Assembly: GCA_900617105.1 (NCBI GenBank)
Contig: UYFQ01000303.1
Coordinates: 1-37,762 of the forward strand
DNA length: 37,762 bases
From: Hydrurus foetidus
Lineage: Eukaryota
Reading direction: 5' to 3'
This document shows positions 20,801-31,394 of this stretch, one piece after another (position 1 is the first letter of the stretch; every line of letters begins with the position of its first letter). A model generated the notes under the pieces. That model searched no databases. It was given only the letters and a program-made list of their open reading frames with translations, and was not told the origin of the DNA. The translations under genes were made by a program, and so were the position numbers.

Positions 20801-23283
20801 CCCATGTCGGACCATTTCGAACCTTTAGGGCAAGGGACAGCCCCGCCCCCCTTGCTATCTCCACTGATCGTACCTTCATCAAAATTATCGTTACCATCGT
20901 TGCCATCGCTGTCATCGTGACTGTGATTCCTCACACTCTCATCGCCACCCACCTCTATCCGGTCAAAGTATGCACTCTCTACAGGTTGAAGTTGAAGTTG
21001 AAGATCGATTGGTACAGGCGGCACCTCAGATGCAGCAAGCGCATCAACAAGATCGTACTGCTTGAAAGAAAGAGAGGCAAGAAGACAGGAAGGCAGGGTG
21101 GACAAGAGAGACAAGCTTCCTCCACTGAGCTTTCCTCCTGGTGAATCCAAATAGGGCTCACAGGCTAGCTGATGGATGTGATGTGTCTCCAGTCCAGTAC
21201 TGTCGATACCGCCACCCTCTAGTGCAGGAGTGGCGTCTAGATCTAAGTGCACGCCGGATATGCTGTTGCTGCAGGGGTGAAGGACAGTGTGCACTTTATC
21301 CTCATTGCGATCCACTTCAATGCTGCATGCCTTGTTGCCGCTACTCTTCTTGTTATTGCTGTTATTGTTGTTATTGCTGAAGAGAGTGTGTTCATTAAGA
21401 AGAACTCTGCTGTAGCCAACATCGTTCTTATCTAATCGCCTATCAGCTCTCCCCTTACTCTCTGTTCTCTGCCAATCACCATGGGTTGGAGATGTCTGTC
21501 TCTCCCTCTCCTGTGACATGCCCTTCACCACCGCCCTGCCCTTGTTCCCCTCGCCACCACCACCACCACCACCACCACCACCACCACCACCACCAGGCAA
21601 CGTCACCCTCATATTCGATTTCTTCAAATCGCTCATCAGAGGCTGACACTGCAAAAACTGTCCAAGCGAGGATGTAGTCGTGACTTTCTGCCTATTTTGA
21701 AATGTGTCGAATCTGGTGTTTTTGGATGTGCAATATTCTTCCAAGGGTAGACTGGGATGGAAGGACTGCAGAGCCATCTCGTAGTCCTTTTCATCCTTGC
21801 AGAACCTCACTGCAACACCCTCATAGCCGAAATTGTCAATGTTGTCATCAGCGCCTCTCTTGCCATCATCATTGTACTGAAAAGAGGTCATCAGTTCGCT
21901 GTTTCTCCTTGTGGTAGTTATAATTGAGATGGCGTGACTAATCGCGAAGTTCTCAAGGGCAGCTGTGCTCACAGAGTCGTCGCAGCTGTCCGTTGAGGAG
22001 CCCAAGTAGGGGATGGTCTTGTTCAAGTTGTCGTGGATGTTGGTGCTGCTGATGCTGCTGATGATTTTGTTGAGAGAAATGATGCTCTCTTCGTCATCGG
22101 AAATGCTCTCCGTCTCCTCGTTGTCATACTCACACGGCTCGCTCTCTCCGTAGCGGATATGACACACTGTGTTCTGATCCTCGTTCAGCTTGGCGCTGAC
22201 TATAATGCTTTCAACATCGTGCATGCTGATGTTCTCATAGATAGTGTTCCTCGCGTAAACAGAGTCGTTGTCCACGCCGACTTCACTGCTGTTTCCACCA
22301 TCACATACTATAGATGCAAAATTGACATCCTGCCTGTCGAATCGATCGACACCAGTGAACACATCTTGACGAGATATGGTGTAGTTTTTGGTGTACAGCA
22401 CATCCTCATGTACATCGAAAGCACTGGTCAGACCACATCCAGATGAAGATTCCTCCGCAGCAGATATCAAGTCGTGCTCGTCCATCTCTAGTATACAGTC
22501 AGGATCATACAGTAAATTTTCAACGGGTATCTCACATCCCAGGTCATTATCAGTGAAGTTGTGGAGATGTCCATTTGAGCTCAAGAGGGTTTGATAGGAA
22601 TTTGAGTCATCGTGTTTCCCAGTAAATCCTTCGGGCGGAGGAACGATATCTGCTGCCGCAGGCTCACTAGCTGAGCCTCGATTTGTGTCGACATAACTTG
22701 ACGAAAAGTGCATATCTGACGCGTTTGAACCTGCACGTGCTGCTCTTGATAGAGAGTACGCCGTCACAGTTTCGTAGCATTTCTCACGCTGGTTGACAGA
22801 GAAATCTGCGATATTCAGTCCTGAGTTATGACTATTGTGCATTCCTTCGCCGTTTAATTCTTCGCTTCTGACATTATCATCTGCTGTCGGGAGGAGGGTT
22901 TCACTTACTCGTCGATGTACCACAAGAATGCTGTCGGCAGACACGTCACCCTCTTGGCTCCTGTCGTCATTTCGATCCAAAAAGAATTTCTCGTCATTAA
23001 TGCGTAAATTCGGGCTGCTAGTACCGTCCGAGATTAATTCACTGAAAGAATTTGAACACGGGGGTGCGTTACTAGGAGTGTGCTTCTTCATTCTCTCTCT
23101 GAAGGATATCAGCGATATTCCTGTCGTGGAGTAAGTGTACGGCTCTAACGCTGGCACGGCCATTTTTTTTATGGCCATCTTCTGCATAGAGGCGGATTTT
23201 CGCTGAGCTACGACAGCAGCAAATTTGGAGGAACATGGCGCAGGTGCCTGCGTACCCGCGATTTCTTGAATTTCAAGGCGCAT
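17845..23283 (-). CDS. Large intronless low-complexity hypothetical protein (~1810 aa)
   Basis: 5.4-kb uninterrupted frame, S/D/G/N-rich with poly-Gly and poly-Asn tracts. First ATG at 23283; an upstream exon via the CTGCAG at ~23302-23307 cannot be excluded. No domain recognised. Confidence 0.75.
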   Translation of the reverse strand: MRLEIQEIAGTQAPAPCSSKFAAVVAQRKSASMQKMAIKKMAVPALEPYTYSTTGISLISFRERMKKHTPSNAPPCSNSFSELISDGTSSPNLRINDEKFFLDRNDDRSQEGDVSADSILVVHRRVSETLLPTADDNVRSEELNGEGMHNSHNSGLNIADFSVNQREKCYETVTAYSLSRAARAGSNASDMHFSSSYVDTNRGSASEPAAADIVPPPEGFTGKHDDSNSYQTLLSSNGHLHNFTDNDLGCEIPVENLLYDPDCILEMDEHDLISAAEESSSGCGLTSAFDVHEDVLYTKNYTISRQDVFTGVDRFDRQDVNFASIVCDGGNSSEVGVDNDSVYARNTIYENISMHDVESIIVSAKLNEDQNTVCHIRYGESEPCEYDNEETESISDDEESIISLNKIISSISSTNIHDNLNKTIPYLGSSTDSCDDSVSTAALENFAISHAISIITTTRRNSELMTSFQYNDDGKRGADDNIDNFGYEGVAVRFCKDEKDYEMALQSFHPSLPLEEYCTSKNTRFDTFQNRQKVTTTSSLGQFLQCQPLMSDLKKSNMRVTLPGGGGGGGGGGGGGGEGNKGRAVVKGMSQERERQTSPTHGDWQRTESKGRADRRLDKNDVGYSRVLLNEHTLFSNNNNNSNNKKSSGNKACSIEVDRNEDKVHTVLHPCSNSISGVHLDLDATPALEGGGIDSTGLETHHIHQLACEPYLDSPGGKLSGGSLSLLSTLPSCLLASLSFKQYDLVDALAASEVPPVPIDLQLQLQPVESAYFDRIEVGGDESVRNHSHDDSDGNDGNDNFDEGTISGDSKGGGAVPCPKGSKWSDMGLGHEYVLEGLMAGRMRVSVSMDGDVSICDSVCVDDDSADDTKDRGEKRGPVNRRDNHFINRNISDAGGKRHSSRRGGTDMASVEEELQVQVEYSGRPKAVVKEKLFLRMEGDNEYYNRRYRGGGRGREGGDLEVCASPRGPICTDANQLAKELYTFARQRTPEAPFDSLYPILKSTHSNRGSHNMRLKESNSKYATRNNRSELHGITDDNEYRKQVQSTEKKVLHRKKSKCHKKSDAACYDFILESDHEERSSIPKTSGSPKKKENIIMLNYFESRGNSKRNQSTDVQYIQVPKSSTLHGRQGEFADKAKSSLLPLSRTASVEYAVSVQRVLSPWRPASPPININSPPRSRSNSRSHIQSMHPLTPTLSRSPCCTPSLSAPHSQSLSHSQRSNYSSHQNNNALGGGGSVTSASSTASTANSKIIKIPTATLPCTDIVTRRDLITDSIISDSKLDAESDLKKAQKSSFERQLQQALERDPVFKSLTEKIDRNRLRVMSNDMALSSYSFNAMTVPRAVTPWTRGNTLDPDPDPATLNISKGGTDGTLHRNKCGMTSEYNAGISKGFIGGIVRRAHDHSEDHSANSDGEMGDSDISDGDVDGDDYDDQGPVSTKCIKRQNRKEMNYLMQRRLWESDQLLRQYSLTHFSSAGSNSVKVNASNEMSFDIGGCNKFAIELKKLTVNKSEFEIFVKNKFNSTMFKKENKKGLNTGSIMLRRKMKHLEPIKRKRGADMERKKDDGSDEGCEGRRRYGHGHGPDVGSTGSRFRGRAQQLGSRADGSFLAGLAPLVSGRFMGEREFTVRDRTGVLQPLYPMGEGEDDMSSEGSLTAGPSLQLSLGSSLLDGSTYEEGPTSGRFQEFSQDDAFEQYVSRSLSMSREDTVTVHGCSDEGDREQRIRRGEGIGAGTGHRVISYTVRGPSNRGNRDIDSSLDSSDGAIQCTSSSVLLPDTSHKCATPDIDQFLDDCGRRKRCIIRVNIEDAAVTCVSE
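21554..21594. repeat. (CCA)n trinucleotide microsatellite encoding poly-Gly in the large ORF
   Basis: About 13 CCA units seen directly. Confidence 0.9.
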
Positions 23284-23464
23284 CACAGCGCTGTTGAGCA
23301 CTGCAGAGATTCTCGTGAAGAATAACTCTGTAGTGGATCACAATGCATCATTCTCACTGCGATTACAAAAGTACAAGATTTTTTTCAGTGACACAAAACG
23401 ACAAACAACAAGATGTTTCACGACAGCTTCAAATTTCGGCTAAGATTTTTTTACCTTGTGACGA

Positions 23465-23560
23465 CAGACAGCAGACAGCAGATCGAGATGGCAGACTGCA
23501 GACAGCAGACAGCAGACAGCAGACAGCAAACTGCAGACTGCAGACTGCAGACAGCAGACA
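23465..23560. repeat. Degenerate heptamer repeat (CAGACAG/CAGACTG)n
   Basis: About 12 imperfect 7-bp units between two divergent ORFs. Confidence 0.8.
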
Positions 23561-23757
23561 CAGCAGTACTATACCCGACGTGCGTGTAGGGACATTTTTG
23601 ACCTGTTACTGCTGCGTCTAGTGACGTGTACGATTTCATCTTGATAACTTTGTCAGTCATTAGCAGCCCCGTCACATACAGCGAAAACTGTCAGATTTTT
23701 CTCCGATAGCCTCCTTCAGATTTGCAACCACAGTAATTTCGTCGCAACTTTTCAAAA

Positions 23758-24171
23758 ATGTCGAGATTTTGGTTAGCCTGGAAACATTTCATTCCCTTGC
23801 TCTTCGTCTTGCTGACATACTTGTTGGTGGTCATGACGGCTGAAGTGAAGGAGAAAAACGACGAAAGTTCAGCCGTCAATGGCATGGTGACAATCATTTG
23901 TGACAAAGCAGCAGCGTATTTGAGAGAAATGTCAAAAACGTTTTTTGGAGAAAGTTCTTCAACTGTAAAAGACATGGCCGAGAAAACGACGGAGAGTGCA
24001 ATTACCATCCTTTCGAAGGCGTTGTATAATATGCTTAATGGAACTTCTTTTGGTGGCACGGAAAATGTAGCGAAGTATCTTGCCAGTGCTTTCGATATGG
24101 TGACAGCCAATAATAGCGAACTCCTGAAGTCTTTTTTTACTAGCAAAATTCCAGATGATGCTGGGCTCTAA
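23758..24171 (+). CDS. Small hypothetical protein with N-terminal signal peptide/anchor (137 aa)
   Basis: ATG in AAAATG context, hydrophobic FIPLLFVLLTYLLVVMTA stretch, then amphipathic helical composition. No family recognised. Confidence 0.5.
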   Translation: MSRFWLAWKHFIPLLFVLLTYLLVVMTAEVKEKNDESSAVNGMVTIICDKAAAYLREMSKTFFGESSSTVKDMAEKTTESAITILSKALYNMLNGTSFGGTENVAKYLASAFDMVTANNSELLKSFFTSKIPDDAGL

Positions 24172-25126
24172 TTGCAGGGTACGTTCGAGGTACACGGTCT
24201 GAACTCAAAACCTTACACTAATTTTCTACCGATTCCGGATTTCCTCAACATGCACTGGGGGCGTCGAATCAAATCAAATGGAGCAGTATGAAATAAATTC
24301 GACAATGGGCTATTCATTCGACGTCATCCTTATACTCCACTATGGGTTATGAACAATCCGTCCTATACATCTATGCTCATAATATCACCTACAGCTTCCT
24401 TGAATTTCAGCACCTTAAGGCTAGAGAGATACTCTTTACTTACTTACAAGAAACCGGAGTCATCAGGCACTAGCACTGGCCATGGTTCGTAGATTAAATG
24501 TTTGTTCAGAAAATTTTAAACTTAGATGGAGCATCACAACAGCTTGGGCTGTTTATGTGTAATTTTTAGTAGTCTAACGAACTCATTATCCAACAGTGTA
24601 AATTAAAAATTGATAGCCAAGATCGAACAGAGAAGCTTGCGTCAATTTTCAGCAACTCTGAAATAATCCCTTTACACTAGCGTTTGCCATGTAGCTGCCT
24701 GATTGTAATCGCATATGGTCACGCAGCCGTTTCTGTAATGTGGTCCTCGTCCGCAGGACAGACTAACTGTCGGGAAAGAAGTCTTCAGTGTCTGACTAGT
24801 ACTTGGGAGTGAAGCGCCATATAAAGACAGAAGTCACAAGAGTAACTGAAGGTATTCTTCTGAGGGGTAACATTTCTACACACCTTTCAACAAATCAGTA
24901 AAATCGTAAGATCACATGCTACTGAAAATGTCCTACTATCACCCTTCTGGAGCGATACAGTAGGTATTCATTTTAGAACATTTAGTAGATTATTCTGTGT
25001 TTCTCAACTAGACTAGTTTCCTCCGGTCTACATCGGCATCTGACATTCTCACAGATCACAGATTACAACTCAGCTCAGATACATCTAAAAAGGAACCTTG
25101 TCCATTCGGACAGCAGGTTCCTCACG

Positions 25127-26727
25127 ATGCCAGACGATCCGGATAGGATAGACCATTCTCAAAGCGAAAATGGAGATCGAAGTTGGATCTCAATCGAAAT
25201 GGCACCACATTTACTACTTCTCGTAACACAATTTATTTTCAGTGCATGGCACATTCTGGGCTCGGCGGCAATGAAATCTGGAACTAAGCCCCTCATCTTT
25301 GCTCTCTATAGGGAAACTATCTCCTCAGTGTTGATGCTGATTTACGCACTCAGTCGATCAAAAGGGGAAACTACGACTCTTCAAATAGATTATGACGACT
25401 TCCCGAGATTCATATTCGTAGGATTTTGTTCGTTTGTCAATGTGGTTGGTACTGTATTATCCCTCAAGTATATCACCGCAAGCGGATATGCAATACTTCA
25501 ACCAGCGATTCCTATCATAGCCACGGTTATTTCTTGCATTATGAGAATAGAGGAGCTAACCGTCTTGAAAGCGGTAGGAATCACAGTCGCTGCTTTTGGT
25601 GCCATTCTAACTGAACTTGGTTCTATCAGCAAGGTATCTATGGGTCTCCGCGTATGTGAATATTGCCACTGACCAATTGTATTACTACTTTTTAACGACC
25701 GTGGTGAACTTATTCAAGGATGGAGGCACTCAGAATACTGGTAAAGTGGGCATGATGATTGTGTTAACCCAGTGTTTTGCTGCCGCCAACATGGTCGTAT
25801 TTCAAAAGCAACTGCTGTTAAAGTACGATCCAGCTGTAACAACTTTGGTGTTCTATTCAATTGGAACAGTATTCACCATCCTCGTGTTCACGGTTCTGTC
25901 CTCACAGTTTAGCACAGAGGATCTCATATTCAATGGTGACAGCTTACCCTGGGTTGCAGTAGCATATGCATCAGTATTCGCTACATTGTTCGCGTACAAT
26001 GCGATGTCATGGGCGAACAAACGTCTGTCACCTAGCGTCACCACAGTGTACAACACAATACAGCCATTCGGAACTGTCGTGCTCAGCTTCATAATCTTAG
26101 CCGTCATACCAACACTGTCAGAGATGCTAGGAGGATTCATTATTGTCGTGGGACTGATTATCACTGTGAAGGGCAGGTACAGATCACAAATAGATGACGG
26201 ATTCCACTCTATCGTATATGAAAATGCTTTCAGAAGTCCCCACTAATACACTTTCCACGACTATTTGGATGTCATACATTTTACATCCGATCAGCGTAAT
26301 GGGTCACTATGCATAAGTAGTAGCTGTCAAGCAATCACTATCTGCTGCTGACTAATTTACAGTACAGTACCAAGTCACAGCCAGCACCATCTTCACGAAA
26401 TGTTTTATGAAGTCATCTCGACTAATAGCTGCCACTACTGCTCCATCGCTCAGGGGCGAGGACGAAGGGTCTGCAATGCTTGAGAGTTATTCTCCTGTGT
26501 TCACGACTGCCACTTCCTTCGGTCTCGGTCAGTCCATGCTACCCACTGCCAGTGTCAGTACCAGTGATAACGCATCCATGGACATTGTCACGGACACGGA
26601 GTACACGCAGCTCAGAGAAAAAATACTGGACCCTCACAGACAGGATGAGAGTCAACGCAACTCACCTCCCTCACCACTCGCCCCTGTGGCCGCACTGATA
26701 ATCTCTGACTCTTACAGATTAAAATGA
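25127..26727 (+). CDS. EamA/DMT-superfamily (WAT1/MtN21-like) drug/metabolite transporter; exons 25127-25633, 25719-26176 and a probable 3' exon to 26727
   Basis: About 10 TM segments in two EamA-like halves (PLIFALYRE, ILQPAIPIIATVIS...RIEEL...K..GI; SPSVTTVYNTIQP...LGGFIIVVGL). Intron 25634-25718 keeps frame. The last exon's acceptor is uncertain and the start could be ATG 25199. Confidence 0.85.
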
Positions 26728-27781
26728 TCCACAATGGAGGACAGACGGATGGACGGCACTTGTTCGTCACTATGTTTCTGCTATGCATGTGGTCACCTCC
26801 CGCTCTAGACCGTGCCTGATCGCCCAACTCTGTCGGTCTCTAATCAAGACTGGACTTTAGCTAAGTAGATGAACACAGCGGAGCTGTGACATCACCCTTT
26901 CATTTTCTTTGATCTCCTCCGATCTTCTTCTGTTTACATCCTTTGTATGCTGCATAAATGGTAAAAAAGTCTTGTACATGAACAAACCTTCTACATTAGT
27001 TCGTATAAGCAGCGCCACATCACTCTTGCTGGCAATCACAGTCACTCCTAAGTAATCTTCACAGCTCACAGGTGACGAGGAGGAGGCAAACCTGATTGTA
27101 GCGAGCCTATCTGTCGTCCCACAGCGGTGTCTGAGTGTTGGAATGATTGCCACATATGCGCCTTCAATAGTGCATTGGCTTTGATCATATCTGAGTCCAC
27201 TATAATTCCTTTCTATGCTACTGATTAGAAGATTTTGAAAACCGCCCTTTTTTCAAACAGGGTAACATTTAAATCGCTCACAGAAAACATTTACAATTTG
27301 TTCCGAAATCGAAAATTGTGCCAACTTTTGGAAATATCCGGGAACCTTAGCTTTGAGGGCCATGAGTAGTGCAACTACGTACTTCACGCACATAACACGT
27401 ATCATGCCATTGTTTAACATAGTCATCTGAACGTGTAGTGCGCATCCAATACTGTCGTAGCCGTTTGCACTTCTTGGCTCACCTTGGCTCTCCAGATGTA
27501 ACTGTTCAGAAACCGATCAAAGCCACAATACATTTAAAGCAAAAACAGCATAAGCTGCAGTGTTGTACCTTGCGGAGCATCTCACAGTATAGGCACGTAC
27601 AGAACGGTGCACCGTACAGTTCTCGAAACGACTCTCTCGCCCGACGCGTGGCGCGTATGTACAGCGAACAGCGTGCAGCTCGAGCTAACAGCAGAGGTGA
27701 TGTAATTCTAGAAACGGAGAAATCCGAACTTACAACTCACAGTGATCATTGAATCCGTCGACTCCTCCTCACAAACGTAGG

Positions 27782-28485
27782 ATGCTTCGCCTAATATCAG
27801 TGGTCCTTTTTTTGTTGGCCACTTTTGGCAAAACTGATGGCGCTAAGAAGGCAAAGGTCGATGACCCACGGGACTGCGAAGTGTGCGTATCAAATCTAGA
27901 AAAGATCGACATGTTGATACCAGCCAACAAGAAAAGAGATAAGGAAGCTATTGAAAAAGCGATTTTCACCCGCTGCACTTTGACAGGATTTGGAAGCGAC
28001 TGGAAACCCAATCCCGCTTTAGAATCCCCTAGAGACATCAAAATGTGCTACTTATTTGAGCCCATAAAGAAGGCAATCTCACAACCGTTCAGCACTGGGA
28101 TGCCGAAACTTAAAGTTTGCAAAAGACTCATGAAAGATAATCCAGAGATTTGCGAAGTGAAATATCGTAAGTACCTTCCATCCACTGAATATGATTCTTT
28201 ACGATGTCATTGATATGCCATGAAACTCTCCATCAATAGCATCTAAACCTCGCCATTAGCATTGCTTTTTCCTTTTTAATGGTTTTCCAATATTCTATTT
28301 CATATTCTGGATATTCACTAGCCTTGAAGGTGGAGAAGTCCGAAGGAGGCAGTGTAGATTACAACGCAATGAGAGTGAAGCAGCTGAAGACCCTTCTTGA
28401 CCAGAGGGGAGTCAGATGCTCGGGTTGCACGGAGAAATCCGAATTCGTGAAGAAATGTCAAGAGACGGAGAACTTAGATCTGTAG
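27782..28485 (+). CDS. MANF: MANF/ARMET/CDNF-family ER protein (signal peptide, saposin-like domain, SAP-like domain with CxxC); exons 27782-28166 and 28322-28485, 182 aa
   Basis: DCEVC, KMCY, ISQPFSTGMPKLKVCKRL, PEICEVKY, MRVKQLKTLLDQRGVRCSGCTEKSEFVKK. The 8-Cys spacing matches MANF. C-terminal NLDL is KDEL-like. GTAAGT...CTAG phase-1 intron. Confidence 0.92.
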
Positions 28486-28875
28486 TTTGTGTCTATATTG
28501 CTTTGCTTTCCTACAGTTGCAGCTCTCAGGTTGACAACGACATGGGAAGTTGCACTGGTAATGCTGCTCCCTTTTGCCTTTAAAACTGTGACAATGGGGT
28601 TGCAATTTTAATCGCCGACTACCTCAATTTACTTGGTACACTTTCGAGCTTTGTAGTGACAGCAATTTTTGCCGATACCACATGTATTTCAATGAGCCCA
28701 ACTTTCTGAATAACTCCACATTTCTTCGAATGCTGTCTGCAAGAGACGCCGTCACTACTACTGTGATGCTTAGTTGGGAGAAAAAAAACAGAAATGTTTT
28801 GTCAGGAAACAGTGCCGCAACGATGTAACATGACGGCACTGTACTGACGTTGCCGTCACAGCCACCGACAGAGTC

Positions 28876-30728
28876 CTAGAAACCCCTCAAACTGATCTTC
28901 TTGATCTTTTTCTTCTGAGGACCAGGCATCACCGCGACGTCCACTCCATCTTGACGCAGAGTGGGGTCAAGACAGTCCTCTGCAAACACTGTCGGCAGTA
29001 TATCCCGGCTCACTCCCTTCGGGAAGTATCCACTCTTTTCCTTTTTTTTATATTTGTTTTTCGTTTTATCGCTGGGGTTTTCATCTACTGCTGATTGGAC
29101 TGCAACGTCAGGCACTACGATGCTCATAGCGCGCAGAGAAGAGGTAGCGAAGTCCACTATATTCTTCTTCTTGGCGTTGCGTCCCTTCCCTCCCTTGCCC
29201 TTACCAGTGACCATTTCTTCTTCTTCACTGCAACTGCCCGTGTCGCCACCATCATCACGAGCTCCTACAGATTCTCCGCTGGAATATCCGTCTCGGACAG
29301 CACCAGAGGGGATGGTTTGTTTTCTCGCGTCTGATGATTGCTTTGCTTCTGTACCATTTGTGCTCGCATGCACATTATCATCACCGCCAGAAGGCATAGA
29401 GTCACTAACACTAACTCCCTTGTCCTTACTGTCACTTTCACTATCGCTGTATGATGGAGGGCAAACTATCACAGGCTTCGTTTTGTTATATTTTCCTTTC
29501 GTATCCACAGCTGCAACAGCAGTTGTTTTCTTTGTTTTCCTGCTATTTTCCTGCACTTTCTTGCGATGAATCTTGGATGCTAGATGCTGCAACAGTTGAG
29601 CTTCCGTTTTGAATGTTTTGTTGCAGATGTCACAGGAGTCCGGAGAGTCAGATATCTCCTCAGTCTCCACGTTCTGAGCCATGCCCTTGCTCAACAAATA
29701 CTCTGAGTTCGCAATCAAGTCTTCCACGTCACCGTCCACGAGATCGTTGTTCTCTAAGTCTTCGTCAGAGCTGTAGTTTGCCAACAAAAATGCGCCTTCC
29801 CGCTCTTGCTGTCTGCGAAGTACTTCCCCAGTGTTTGACTCGAGAGCAATACGGGATAGCTCCCTCTTTTCTCGACGTTTTACTTCAATGTCTATTTTTC
29901 CCTCTGCCCGTCTCTGCTCTTCTACTAATTTACGTGCTTTTGCTTCCATCTCAAATCCCATCACGCGAGGGTCACGCTTGCGTACGTATGATGCTAACGC
30001 TCTCACTGTGTCGTTGTACTTCTTTCTCGCAACATCTCTAAACTTCTTATTCTCCTTTTCTATCGCCCTGCGTACCTGTCTGTTTGGTACATCGGCGGGA
30101 TTGTACTTATCTTCCCAGCTGAACGACATCCTTGACGCAAAATTGCACCAGTAATTGTAAAAAGCAAACACATCATGAGCGGGACTGTCAGATCTCTGAA
30201 ATCGAGGTAATGCTGTTTCCGCCGATTCTGTTTCTTTTTCGTCCCTTTGTGTGTCCTCCGATTCTGCTAATTCGAAGAAAAGACTATCATAGACAGCGTA
30301 GAAGCCAGTTTCACAGTCAAGAGGGCCGCTGCAGCACGACGGTGAGAAGTATGGCCATAGATCGACTACAAAACTTTCGGATTTGTCGTTCGATCCACTG
30401 GTACCGTCACCACCTCTCAATATTGCTTCCCTGTGATCATCATACCACTTCTTTTCCTGTGGATCGCTTAGAACAGTGTACGCGGCCTGAACTTCTTTAA
30501 ACTTCTCTGTTGCTTCTTCTTCAGCTCCAACATTTTTATCTGCATTATGAAGAACAAGCAGGATGACATTCTGTACCTGGACTGGTGAGAGTATGGAGTA
30601 TGGTCAATCTGAAATGACCGCGGCCACTCACCAGGATGAAATTGGAGGGCGCGCTTTCGATAGCTTTTCTTTATTTCCTCAGCTGTTGCAGCCAGATCCA
30701 AGCCGAGAATATCGTAATGGCAAATCAT
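28876..30728 (-). CDS. DNAJC21: DnaJ homolog subfamily C member 21 (Jjj1-like J-protein with C2H2 zinc finger); exons 30728-30632 and 30539-28876, ~586 aa
   Basis: MICHYDILG...ALQFHP|DKN (intron 30631-30540 splits HPD), AYTVLSDPQEKKWYDDHREAILRGG, FYNYWCNF, NRQVRRAIEKENKK, VRKRDPR and CDICNKTFKTEAQLLQHLASKIH. Confidence 0.93.
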
Positions 30729-31394
30729 CACGATTCGTTGACGACGAAATAGCTTTTTTAATGGTGGCTTCGTAATTTGTAATAAGGAGTCTCAAACTCG
30801 AACTCGCTGTTCGCTGTGCCACATTCCCAAGCATCACATACAGATTATCACATAAAAATCTGTACGTGAATGCAATCCTGCAATTCTCTAGAGTAGCGGT
30901 GAACAAATTACAAATACAAAATATAAATTATTCCTGTTCCGTACCCAATTCTTCCATATGATGCACCATTCGAATGTTGTTTGTTGTTGTCTGGAGGTTG
31001 CGAACAAATTCTACTACTTTGCCCCCTAATCTCATTTTGTTTCACCACCTTCAACAACCATCGAAGAATTGCTTAGAACACACTAAGAGTCCATTTTTTT
31101 TCTCTTTTTTAAATAATTTAATTTCACAAATTGATGGAAAACCGAATTAAATTGTTGATGCAACAATTCTACAACGAGGTGTTGAACACATACTTGACCG
31201 TTTGTTTCTTCAAAGTAGGAAGTTATTGTCTCAAAACATTTCTACAGGAGTTGGAAAGTAGGTCGTTCAACCCCCCCATCCCCAAAATTTGACGATCCGA
31301 AAAATTGGTGATCCAAAATGAAAATGCATCCATGCATAGTACATTCCGATGGTAGACAGCTGAGAGCGGAGTATCAAACTGAAGTTGAAGTACT

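Noticed and set aside
21486..21677. Poly-His protein
   Set aside because: Opposite-strand reading of the (GGT)n poly-Gly tract in the large ORF.
27440..27700. ERSE/UPRE stress elements upstream of MANF
   Set aside because: No exact CCAAT-N9-CCACG or TGACGTGG seen; only loose ACGCGTGG-like matches.
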